From Candidatus Poribacteria bacterium (lineage in GTDB: Bacteria > Poribacteria > WGA-4E > WGA-3G): 64,000 nt of DNA. Each line of letters starts with the position of its first letter. Positions within the stretch are counted from its first letter, which is position 1. The position numbers and the translations under genes are program-made. Below, piece after piece: positions 56,001 through 62,112 of this stretch. Location of the stretch: contig PYIY01000200.1 in assembly GCA_003635195.1 (NCBI GenBank), forward strand, positions 3,855-67,854. The letters are read 5' to 3'. A model generated the notes under the pieces. That model was not told the origin of the DNA. It made no database searches and was given only the letters and a program-made list of their open reading frames with translations.

Positions 56001-56733
56001 AATCTGGTCGCTTGCGGAGGACGCAAAGGAGCGGACGAATTCCCGTCGCAGCAATCGTTACACGGTCCGCGGCTCGGTAGACCCGTGGAGTTGGGCATCC
56101 TTAGGAACGAACTTCAGCACATCCGAAAGCTTCCGAAAAAGTTCAGGTAGTACGTACACGTCGCACGCAGATTCATACGAAGCGAATATAGAACTGAAGA
56201 CACAGGAATCCTCCAGATTTCAACTGCGTTATAGCTTCACGAAGCGAGATAATGCTACGCTGGAAACAACACTCAGTGAGAGCACAGCACACACCCCATC
56301 ATTGAGTTGGATACACACATGGAGTGACTCAGACACCCCTCGGACAGCATTGGGTATACGCACAACATTCCGAGACCAACAACGGAGTGGCATACAGAGT
56401 AATGCGGTAATTGTCACCCCAAACCTCAGTATCGATTATCGGTATCGCACAGAAAACGGCATACGGTTTCCGTTTTTCGGCAGAATTCCACTCAAACACG
56501 ACTTAGAGTTGACGAACACGCTCTCTTGGGCGATTCGTAGAGAAAATTTCGGCGCGAACCGCGAGGAACGTTCAGAACGTTACGAGACGACGTTGCGCGT
56601 CGGTTACAAAATCAGCACGCATATCACAGCAAACTTCCATCTCGGTCTCAGCTACCATCACGATAGAGTCGAAGAAGGCAGAGACTTCCTTTCCGTCGCA
56701 AGCGCACTCACCATCCGCGGCGAAATCCAGTAA
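50083..56733 (+). CDS. Giant (2216 aa) outer-membrane/cell-surface protein, probable SprA (T9SS translocon)-like, with Gly/Tyr/Ser low-complexity inserts
   Basis: N-terminal TM/signal. KIKIWYEGKPEDIIKTISFGDITLNLPNTRFLNINRNLFGLEGVFEWKNTRLTAFGSRSKG resembles the SprA block I recall (...Y.G.EDEII..IE.GNVS..L..SLI.G.Q.LFG.K..L.FG....T.V.S.Q.S). Asp-rich Ca-binding-like loops (DTNGDGSVD, DLNGDGVLD). The C-terminal third has alternating beta-strand character. Confidence 0.5.
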   Translation: MLQTRIHVLKNPSSKLAVHQNLLHKIGLILIIVLSVTSDIAVSRIAEDTDETQAETPVPSDSGTVPDSDEPETPAEERDSSEFGLFNRNPFDTDGVPKRFIWQDEKALPEEDEESRHIQPYLDSLRRWRHPPELTDLSKLYDWKPKPKREEKGIALPMDSNLRITGLQSVTVEANKTHYFGEGDLNRYGGYGYGGGYGSYSSGLDLGLTSSYGYEDFGYGSGFGGGGYGSGYGGGYSSYGSSYGSGYGSGFGGYSGYGSRGIPRATGFNLRQIQQFGLHGRVGQRTHIAVDYSAGGSSFGGGGYGGYGGGYGGGYGLGGAKEQKIKIWYEGKPEDIIKTISFGDITLNLPNTRFLNINRNLFGLEGVFEWKNTRLTAFGSRSKGIREVRTFRGQSRRAGGGYGFGPPGIQILDTNYVKNRYYYIHKGEDDLLHDAYLPIKPRSEQIYIDDGVVGNNQGGIRTSQGYFNPQFAGQDYNIDYDTGEIEFLSPISANYTIVVAYEYNGSGGGTIGTSSESEVFVDENGDGTIDEEGEEIGYIVLKEKGFRGTEATHVYQLGSRNINPRDFQLTIRRQGQNETFQTNEGLVPYIEIFGLDQNGDGNVDAQFIDYDRGLLRFPWTNPFQITDPNHPYYAYRDALNNNTIYLEGVRTDAQIYTIIADYTYQSETYNVGLFVIPNSETVRLNGQLLTRDTDYMMLYEVGSIRFFRQLDEFDEIVVEFEKTPFGGSSQQAVAGVWLEYTHKPKPKSEKEQSLEDRFDRLGGIQSMDASPLGGGTRDAFGESLSGRRGGLGGLGRRSFGGGFGSGFGGGFGSGYGSYGSLGGRSRIGSGYYGGYGGGMNYFNPVYQKGFMLSTGYILNTGQKPAEIPDVNGVPNRLQAFNINTSFGREFNIAGIFNLLPFINMRNLPFSLDFSGEAAYSHNNPNSIGVALIDSMEGAKESTTVPTLKYNWKQSSVPYISEDTPVPGGDGYNVLPTHENRAIFKVVLKDKNESEAVGNYMRNRDVPASSIQPLSLSTEERLIMELGYDFTDVVAEWGGFSNGVSNSGVDYSERSFVEIWMRVQGDDNVTLHLNLGVVNEDTDADQRLDSEDLPNTLTDTNGDGSVDALDLDLENLSDADRYRGNGTLDTGEDVGWDYDGPLEKTSVGSGNQILDSEDLNGDGVLDTIDAYFEISIPLNEIPNEWVKSKNANGWMFLSIPLSKFTPVGSRVPSLVFVQHLRLWLSKNAPGSAKGTLQWASIEIVGNKWQQGIITRSTVQTTSEVGLTDETLSTSTIVEDTIEKFIVGTKDNFSYDAYQSAYLDIEDNELFKKLHPFTATSLGFQTQQQREQTLSLEYYLFPGSYGVTSKQLKGVTQSDGQDFSKHDTLRFWLYGDKSDTTFVLQLAPTVRTGYRSSFYSSDPFVNQTEEEDINVFENLTDYYEYTVRVDFEGWKLIEIDLRDLRRNAYPDVVGGVSNPEFQPSVVSNQEQLVETESDTQPLPDADSDSPDGHPDGFTVRGRNSTRLSIKNIGGILLGIRNDTGREISGDIWVNEIHLGDPLVRAGWARRGNMSMSLGTIVKLRGGYASQDKDFESGAGQIGRQRLSSRGYSTTNNDYNIDADVTIFPWLPIQYGIRQQDTETESLRGSYSSFQSGKSEIRTRDFSVRFNRNPYPNLGFAYNYQDFWNERQGTQISHLYTGSFRYELGSKLGVNVQYRHEDVLAKPETATDTSSTSSSYYSYGYGRNRDEKTDSGTIAFNISPTSIFSLNPSYDVRRTLERREDQNYRTPFTSGVTTAQEEPEETPEPDFSIAEREHRLSLTPRLNRDLLGMRPTVTSRMSFRENWFREQKNASLNGNVSLGVNLRVQKWFGWFLNPEKTDSQQSAVKEASDGTNSLSTDNRQPKTDDSSTETIEQLRENGIDEAQIQELEENRGDWIERDKGEIGSSGGASDVAQTAQDGILHRILKTFTVSTNANFMATESYRQLASGLSALEIWSLAEDAKERTNSRRSNRYTVRGSVDPWSWASLGTNFSTSESFRKSSGSTYTSHADSYEANIELKTQESSRFQLRYSFTKRDNATLETTLSESTAHTPSLSWIHTWSDSDTPRTALGIRTTFRDQQRSGIQSNAVIVTPNLSIDYRYRTENGIRFPFFGRIPLKHDLELTNTLSWAIRRENFGANREERSERYETTLRVGYKISTHITANFHLGLSYHHDRVEEGRDFLSVASALTIRGEIQ
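55655..55743. repeat. Heptad-arm hairpin element (copy E) inside the giant ORF, reading frame preserved
   Basis: caGATAGTC AGCAGTC AGCAGTTAAAGAGG ... CCCTCTCAACTGATAACCGACAACCGAAAACTGATGAC. The right arm matches the copy C right arm at about 27 of 31 positions by eye. Confidence 0.8.
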
Positions 56734-57332
56734 ACAAAAACCAACAGTTTCTTTAGTTGTTTCCTTTTTACTCACCTCTTTTCCTCCAATGATTAACGTG
56801 ACAATAAAATTTAGAGTTCTTCCGTTTTTCGGCACTGATGCACCTTTTCTCTCCAAAGTGGTGTCTTAAATTATAGAAGGGGGTTGATAAATATGACCGC
56901 AATAGTAAATATCAATCCTTGGTCTATAAGAGTACGATGAAGTTCCGTTATAGCAGAATCTATTGATTGTGGCTTTACGGAGCGAGATCCGTTTATATCA
57001 AACTAACGGTTACTATATCGAACTCACGTTATTATAAAGGGACACTCCAATAATATATTTTGGAGATAAGGTCCATTTATAGCGAAGTGGGAGAATTGCG
57101 TATCATGGGGATGTCCGCAATGTGAGATTTTGGAAGGAATGGGGACATCCCGTCTTCAAGAGTTTCAGCAGTCGGTGCGGAATATCTACAGATAGATGTA
57201 TCGCTGTCGAAAAAGAAGAAGTGGTAATCGCAATTTTCGCATAGTGTTAATGTTTGTAAAAAGGGATGCGGCTTGTGTGCAAGTGATAGCCACTGAAGTG
57301 CATACGCTTATTTAGACCACAATTTAGCAAAG

Positions 57333-58145
57333 TTAAGAGAAGGTTTTTCGTTGAAATTCCATAGGAGTCAAATATCCTAACGCCGAATGTGGGCGTTTCT
57401 GATGATACACGTGTGTGATAAACTCTCCGATGCGATCTCTCGCCTCGGTGATGCTTTGATAGTCATTGATGTCAACTTCTTCCTCTTTGAGCGTGCGGAT
57501 GAGTCTTTCAGCATATCCGTTCTCCCAAGGCCGTCCGCGACGGGCAACGGAAATCTCAACACCGTGTGCTTCGAGCGTGGCGACATAGGCCTTTGAAAGA
57601 TACTGCACGCCTTGATCGGAATGATGTATCTCACAGACGCTGTGGCAGAACGCTTCTTCAAGCGGTTTGAGCGTCAGAGACTGGTTGAAATGCTGACGGA
57701 TCTGCCATGCTTTGATCATGCGCGTGAAAACATCCATGAGCACTGCGAGGTAGATGAAGCGTCCCTTGAGACGCACATAAGTCATATCTGCTACCCAGAC
57801 CTGATCTTCACGAGAGACGTCAAGGTTTTCGATCAGGTTGCTCCAAGGTTTCTCGCCTTGAAGCGACTGTGTTGTTCGACAGGAAGCCCGCTTGACAGCG
57901 ACCAAGAGATGATTCTCTCTCATCAACCGAGCGACGCGTCGCGTGCTAACAGTGTAGCCTTGACGCTGTAGCATCTGTGTGATACGCCTATATCCGTATC
58001 TCGGATACGCACCCGCGAGTTTCTCTATTTCAGCGAGGAGAACCGCTTCCGAGGGCGACTCGCCCGGTTGATAATAGAAACTGCTCCGGTTGACATTGAG
58101 GATTTGACAAATATCTCGCACGGAATGCTCCTGTCGCAATGCCAA
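57333..58145 (-). CDS. IS3 transposase OrfB (DDE integrase core), expressed as OrfAB by -1 frameshift
   Basis: DDE residues in WVADMTY, HSDQGVQY and WENGYAERL. The -1 frame from the A-run reads KKTIDGAGLTLAEKRCHILALRQEH, continuous with OrfB. Confidence 0.9.
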   Translation of the reverse strand: MALRQEHSVRDICQILNVNRSSFYYQPGESPSEAVLLAEIEKLAGAYPRYGYRRITQMLQRQGYTVSTRRVARLMRENHLLVAVKRASCRTTQSLQGEKPWSNLIENLDVSREDQVWVADMTYVRLKGRFIYLAVLMDVFTRMIKAWQIRQHFNQSLTLKPLEEAFCHSVCEIHHSDQGVQYLSKAYVATLEAHGVEISVARRGRPWENGYAERLIRTLKEEEVDINDYQSITEARDRIGEFITHVYHQKRPHSALGYLTPMEFQRKTFS

Positions 58146-58165
58146 AATGTGGCATCGCTTTTCAG

Positions 58166-58456
58166 CTAATGTAAGTCCAGCTCCGTCAATAGTTTTTTTT
58201 GGATGTCTAAGGCGACCGCCATTCTCCCAACGAGCTGCTCAAGGTGGGCGATACGCTTCTCAGCATCGCTTGACTGCTTATCGGGTGCCTCAAACAGCGA
58301 GGCGGCATTTTCAAGAAGGTGTCGCTTCCACTCTGAGAGTTGATTTTCGTTGAGATTATGTCGCCTACAGACTTCTGCTTGGGAAGTCGCACCACTGAGG
58401 ACTTCAAAAACAAGTTCCGCTTTAAACTCAGGGGTGAATCTTCTTCGTTTCGCCAT
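58166..58456 (-). CDS. IS3 transposase OrfA (HTH)
   Basis: MAKRRRFTPEFKAELV...QLSEWKRHL plus a leucine zipper-like end. Slippery A AAA AAA run at 58193-58200. Confidence 0.9.
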   Translation of the reverse strand: MAKRRRFTPEFKAELVFEVLSGATSQAEVCRRHNLNENQLSEWKRHLLENAASLFEAPDKQSSDAEKRIAHLEQLVGRMAVALDIQKKLLTELDLH

Positions 58457-58650
58457 TGGATACTCCTTTCAATAAGATTGTTATTATATCACAATCTTCC
58501 TTTAGGGAGTGGTCTAAAAAACCGTAGGCAGTACACACTCGTAAAAAGCGCACGGTTGCGAAAACCCGATTTTACATAGTTTATAGAGATGTGTTATACC
58601 GATTCATGTCTCTTTTATTTTATGCCTCTCTTGTAAAGGAGCATTTTAGA

Positions 58651-58965
58651 ATGATTAGAAATTTTTTCTCAAACCCTAATATCACTGGTCGACTGATGAT
58701 AGTGCTGCTTTTCGTCGGCGGCATCGTTTACGCGGGTGCGTTTGATGGGTTTGTTGTAGAAACAGAAGCCTCCAACTGCTGTGGTGGAGCAGATGCTGAA
58801 CACTTTTCAAGCAGTAGCTCTTGTAATGATGCTGAAAATAATGTTACTTGCCAAAAGCGTGGCAACGGTGGTGCACCGAAGTATTGTAAACTGAGCGATG
58901 GAACACAGTGTGCTCACAAGTGTTCAAATGCCAAGAAATGCAATATCAATGGTTGTAATGGATGA
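58651..58965 (+). CDS. Small secreted/anchored Cys-rich protein (104 aa, 9 Cys in the last ~62 aa)
   Basis: AGGAG 9 nt upstream of ATG 58651. Hydrophobic segment LMIVLLFVGGIVYAGA, then ...NCCGGADAEHFSSSSSCNDAENNVTCQKRGNGGAPKYCKLSDGTQCAHKCSNAKKCNINGCNG. Confidence 0.55.
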   Translation: MIRNFFSNPNITGRLMIVLLFVGGIVYAGAFDGFVVETEASNCCGGADAEHFSSSSSCNDAENNVTCQKRGNGGAPKYCKLSDGTQCAHKCSNAKKCNINGCNG

Positions 58966-59031
58966 AACAGCTTAAACACTATTTCTGGTTGTTGAACATC
59001 TAAACGCAGCATTGTGTGCTATTAGGAGAGG

Positions 59032-59820
59032 ATGAAACCTTGCGAATTGGCACACAATGCTTCTAAAACGAGGTTTGTTATGAACACTAATATGCAGAAC
59101 AAGATAACGACTTTAGAGGCACGGATCGCGGAATTGGAACAACAACTCACACGGGTTCAAGAAAGTGTGCCTATTGACCGAATAGAGTGCCGCGAATTAC
59201 GGATTGTTTCTGACACTGGAGAACCTCTTGTCACAATCAATGCGCACGAAGAACTTGAGAGTGGTATTATCAGAGTATTTGACAAGACAGGTCTCATTCT
59301 CGTTTCTATTTGTGGTGACGATCAAGGTGGCAGCATTGCGGTATGCCCAACTTGGGAAGCAAGTCCGAACCCAGAAAAGGCATTGAGTGCGGAGATGTCT
59401 GTTGATGACAACGGTAATGGTTTTTTAAGTGTTTGTGATAATGAAGGAGACATTCGCGCGGTTCTGAGTGTTGCGCACCCATCTTGTGGTAGTGCGGGCC
59501 GCGTGACTATACACGGAACAGTGGACAATCGCGAACGGGTCGTCATTGGATGCAATCCAGAAACAGATGCTGGTAGCATCAAAACCTACGGCGGTGATTG
59601 GCATGAAACACATTCATTGGAGAACGAACCTGGTGATCTCCGGATGATAGGCCCGTCCCCTACATATTATGCGGATTTACGTCAACATCGGCACACATTG
59701 GAAAAGATTGACGAAAAACTCCAAAATGAGACAGATGAAGATCAGAAACGTTTCTTAAACGTCAAAAAATCGGCAATTTCTGAGTTCATCTCTCGGAGCG
59801 AAGACAATGAAACTCCGTAA
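59032..59820 (+). CDS. Hypothetical protein: N-terminal coiled coil plus repeated beta-strand motifs
   Basis: ITTLEARIAELEQQLTRVQ, then repeats of the type LRIVSDTGEPLVTI / IRVFDKTGLILVSI / LSVCDNEGDIRAVLSV. Alternative start at ATG 59080. Confidence 0.5.
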   Translation: MKPCELAHNASKTRFVMNTNMQNKITTLEARIAELEQQLTRVQESVPIDRIECRELRIVSDTGEPLVTINAHEELESGIIRVFDKTGLILVSICGDDQGGSIAVCPTWEASPNPEKALSAEMSVDDNGNGFLSVCDNEGDIRAVLSVAHPSCGSAGRVTIHGTVDNRERVVIGCNPETDAGSIKTYGGDWHETHSLENEPGDLRMIGPSPTYYADLRQHRHTLEKIDEKLQNETDEDQKRFLNVKKSAISEFISRSEDNETP

Positions 59821-61069
59821 CATTCTCACGATAGGCACTGAACTTCTCCTGCGGAACCGTCTGCGCGCCAGTTTATCCATCCTCGGCATCTTCATCGGGA
59901 CTGCTAGTGTGTTATGCATGATGATGCTGAGTGAAGGTGGAAAAAAACTAATAGCGGATGACATTGACAAATTGGGTGGCGCGAACCAGTTCAAATTTAC
60001 CACACGCGCTTGGATTACCAAGAATGGGCGTATCATCCGTTGGACTCGGGAGCGTTTCAATATGAAAGATGCACTTGCAATTGAAGCGGAGTGTCCAGAC
60101 GTCTTGTGTGTGTTGCCTGAAAGCGAAGCGCAGGCTACTTTCAAAACCTATCAGGGAGATGTTACTGAATCCTCTTTAAAGGGTGTAACGAATGTCTATG
60201 CCGATTGGATGCGCTGGGAAGTGCAAGAGGGCAGATTCCTCTCCGAAACCGATCTTTCTCATACAGCCCAAGTCTGCGTTTTAGGAAACGACATCAAAGC
60301 TCGTTTATTTCCAGATACCTCCGCCCTTGGGCGAGAAGTGAAGATCCGCTACTATGAGGATACAGCATTCATTCGGCACCGTGTTGTAGGGGTAATGGTG
60401 CCGCGCGGGAGAAATATTCAGAGTGGGCACTCGTTAGATGATAGTATTTGTATCCCACTGACTACTGTTCAAAAGCGAATATTCGGTTATAAGCATATTC
60501 CAAAGATGTCTGTTTTTTTCAAACAAGACGCAGATGTAGATGAGGTGATTGAGTCCGCGCTTGCAGTGATTCGCAAAAGACACCGAAACACCGATGAGTT
60601 TGTCAACCATTGGGCAGTGAAATGGACGCTCGAGCGGCTGGAACACTTTGAAAGAGTTATGAAAATAGGTTTAGTCGGCATCGCTGGATTTTCACTATTT
60701 GTTGGTGGTATCGGTATCATGAATATCTGTCTTGTTTCTGTCGGTGAAAAGACACGCGAGATAGGTTTACGGAAATCGGTTGGTGCGAAACGGATTGACA
60801 TCTTTTGGCAATTCTTGATGGAATCGATGTGCCTCTGTTTCTGCGGTGGAGTGCTTGGTATCATGGGTGGTTGGTCCGCGGCACACGGCATGGCACATCT
60901 TGCAGTAAGAATTATGCCGATTGTGCCTGAGTGGCCTGTCGTCCTTTCTTTCCCTTGGATGTTAACTTCCGCTCTCTTTTCGGTTTTTATGGGTGTTAGT
61001 TTCGGCGTTTACCCTGCGATGCGAGCGGCACGACTTTCACCTATTGATGCACTCCGCACTGAGAATTAA
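59807..61069 (+). CDS. FtsX/MacB-type ABC transporter permease (no cognate ATPase gene adjacent)
   Basis: LRNRLRASLSILGIFIGTASV (TM1), a large periplasmic domain, then FtsX-domain helices REIGLRKSVGAKRIDIFWQFLMES...YPAMRAARLSPIDALR. GGAG RBS. 14-nt overlap with the upstream gene. Confidence 0.8.
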   Translation: MKLRNILTIGTELLLRNRLRASLSILGIFIGTASVLCMMMLSEGGKKLIADDIDKLGGANQFKFTTRAWITKNGRIIRWTRERFNMKDALAIEAECPDVLCVLPESEAQATFKTYQGDVTESSLKGVTNVYADWMRWEVQEGRFLSETDLSHTAQVCVLGNDIKARLFPDTSALGREVKIRYYEDTAFIRHRVVGVMVPRGRNIQSGHSLDDSICIPLTTVQKRIFGYKHIPKMSVFFKQDADVDEVIESALAVIRKRHRNTDEFVNHWAVKWTLERLEHFERVMKIGLVGIAGFSLFVGGIGIMNICLVSVGEKTREIGLRKSVGAKRIDIFWQFLMESMCLCFCGGVLGIMGGWSAAHGMAHLAVRIMPIVPEWPVVLSFPWMLTSALFSVFMGVSFGVYPAMRAARLSPIDALRTEN

Positions 61070-61079
61070 GGAGGAACTC

Positions 61080-62105
61080 GTGAAAAATTTCTGTTTACTT
61101 TTAATCTGTTATCTATTTTTTTTCACACTTGCCTGGACATTCGCAGACACGTCAGAGTCCTGTGCTAATAGCCACGCCCCTGTCGGTGTAATGGGCGATC
61201 ATGGACATAAAATCGGTGAACTGATGTGCTCTTATCGGTTCATGGTAATGGACATGCAAGGATTGCAATCTGATACCACCAGTGTTGAAATAGCCGAAGT
61301 GCTAAAGGACTTTATGATGGCACCGACGACTATGCAAATGCAGATGCACATGGTCGGTATGATGTTTGCGCCACGTGACGAATTGACTCTGATGGCGATG
61401 GCTAATTATCAAATTCTTCGTATGGAGATGGAAGGGGCGCATCACCACATGGGAGGGCACCATGGTCACCCTGTTGGACCTCATGAAATGTCAAGTTCGG
61501 GCGTTGGTGATGCTAAACTTGAGGCATTGCTCACGTTCTGGAAAAGACCGCGCCTCACACTTCTGGGGAATATCGGTATTTCACTTCCGACGGGATCCAT
61601 TTCTCAAAAGAGAGATAGCGGTGTTTTTCTTCCCTATCCAATGCAACTTGGAAGTGGTTCTTTTGAAGCACTTCCAGGTGTGACACTCTCTGGATATTAC
61701 GGTAACTGGTCCTATGGTGGTCAATTGCGGGGCATATTTCCGTTGCATACAAATTCACAAGCGTATCGGCACGGAAACGCCGCCACTGCCACAGTGTGGG
61801 GGGCACGCCAAATAAACGACTGGCTTAGCCTCAGTGGTAGACTTTTCTTTACGCATTGGAGAAATATCACTGGAAACAATCCGGAGTTGAATCCTCTCAT
61901 GAGTCCGAGCCATCGTCCTGACTGGCGCGGCGGTCAAAGGCTTGATATTGCTATTTCAAGCAATCTGATTGCCCCGACGGGCACCTTTGTAGGGCAACAC
62001 CTTGCCGTTGAATTTCAGATGCCCGTTTATCAAAACCTTATTAGTACACAACTGAAAACGACATGGAGGCTCATGGTTGGTTGGCACTACGCCTTCCAAT
62101 TGTAG
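61080..62105 (+). CDS. Outer-membrane beta-barrel protein with His/Met-rich loop (CopB/'transporter'-family-like)
   Basis: AGGAGG 6 nt upstream of GTG 61080. Signal peptide present. HAPVGVMGDHGH, MQMQMHMVGMMF, HHHMGGHHGHPVGPHEM. C-terminal WRLMVGWHYAFQL is an aromatic barrel terminus. Confidence 0.6.
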   Translation: MKNFCLLLICYLFFFTLAWTFADTSESCANSHAPVGVMGDHGHKIGELMCSYRFMVMDMQGLQSDTTSVEIAEVLKDFMMAPTTMQMQMHMVGMMFAPRDELTLMAMANYQILRMEMEGAHHHMGGHHGHPVGPHEMSSSGVGDAKLEALLTFWKRPRLTLLGNIGISLPTGSISQKRDSGVFLPYPMQLGSGSFEALPGVTLSGYYGNWSYGGQLRGIFPLHTNSQAYRHGNAATATVWGARQINDWLSLSGRLFFTHWRNITGNNPELNPLMSPSHRPDWRGGQRLDIAISSNLIAPTGTFVGQHLAVEFQMPVYQNLISTQLKTTWRLMVGWHYAFQL

Positions 62106-62112
62106 TAACATA

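Larger units (their letters stand above)
57294..58535 (-). mobile_element. Intact IS3-family insertion sequence (1242 bp)
   Basis: 27-bp imperfect terminal IRs (22/27): TGAAGTGCATACGCTTATTTAGACCAC vs TGTACTGCCTACGGTTTTTTAGACCAC, giving TG...CA termini. 3-bp direct repeat CAC at 57291-57293 and 58536-58538. orfA/orfB with an A8 slippery run. Confidence 0.9.

Noticed and set aside
60993-61079. Track ORF start at 60993 for the His/Met-rich barrel protein.
   Set aside because: It overlaps the end of the FtsX gene by 77 nt. AGGAGG plus GTG at 61080, followed by a signal peptide, is a much better start.
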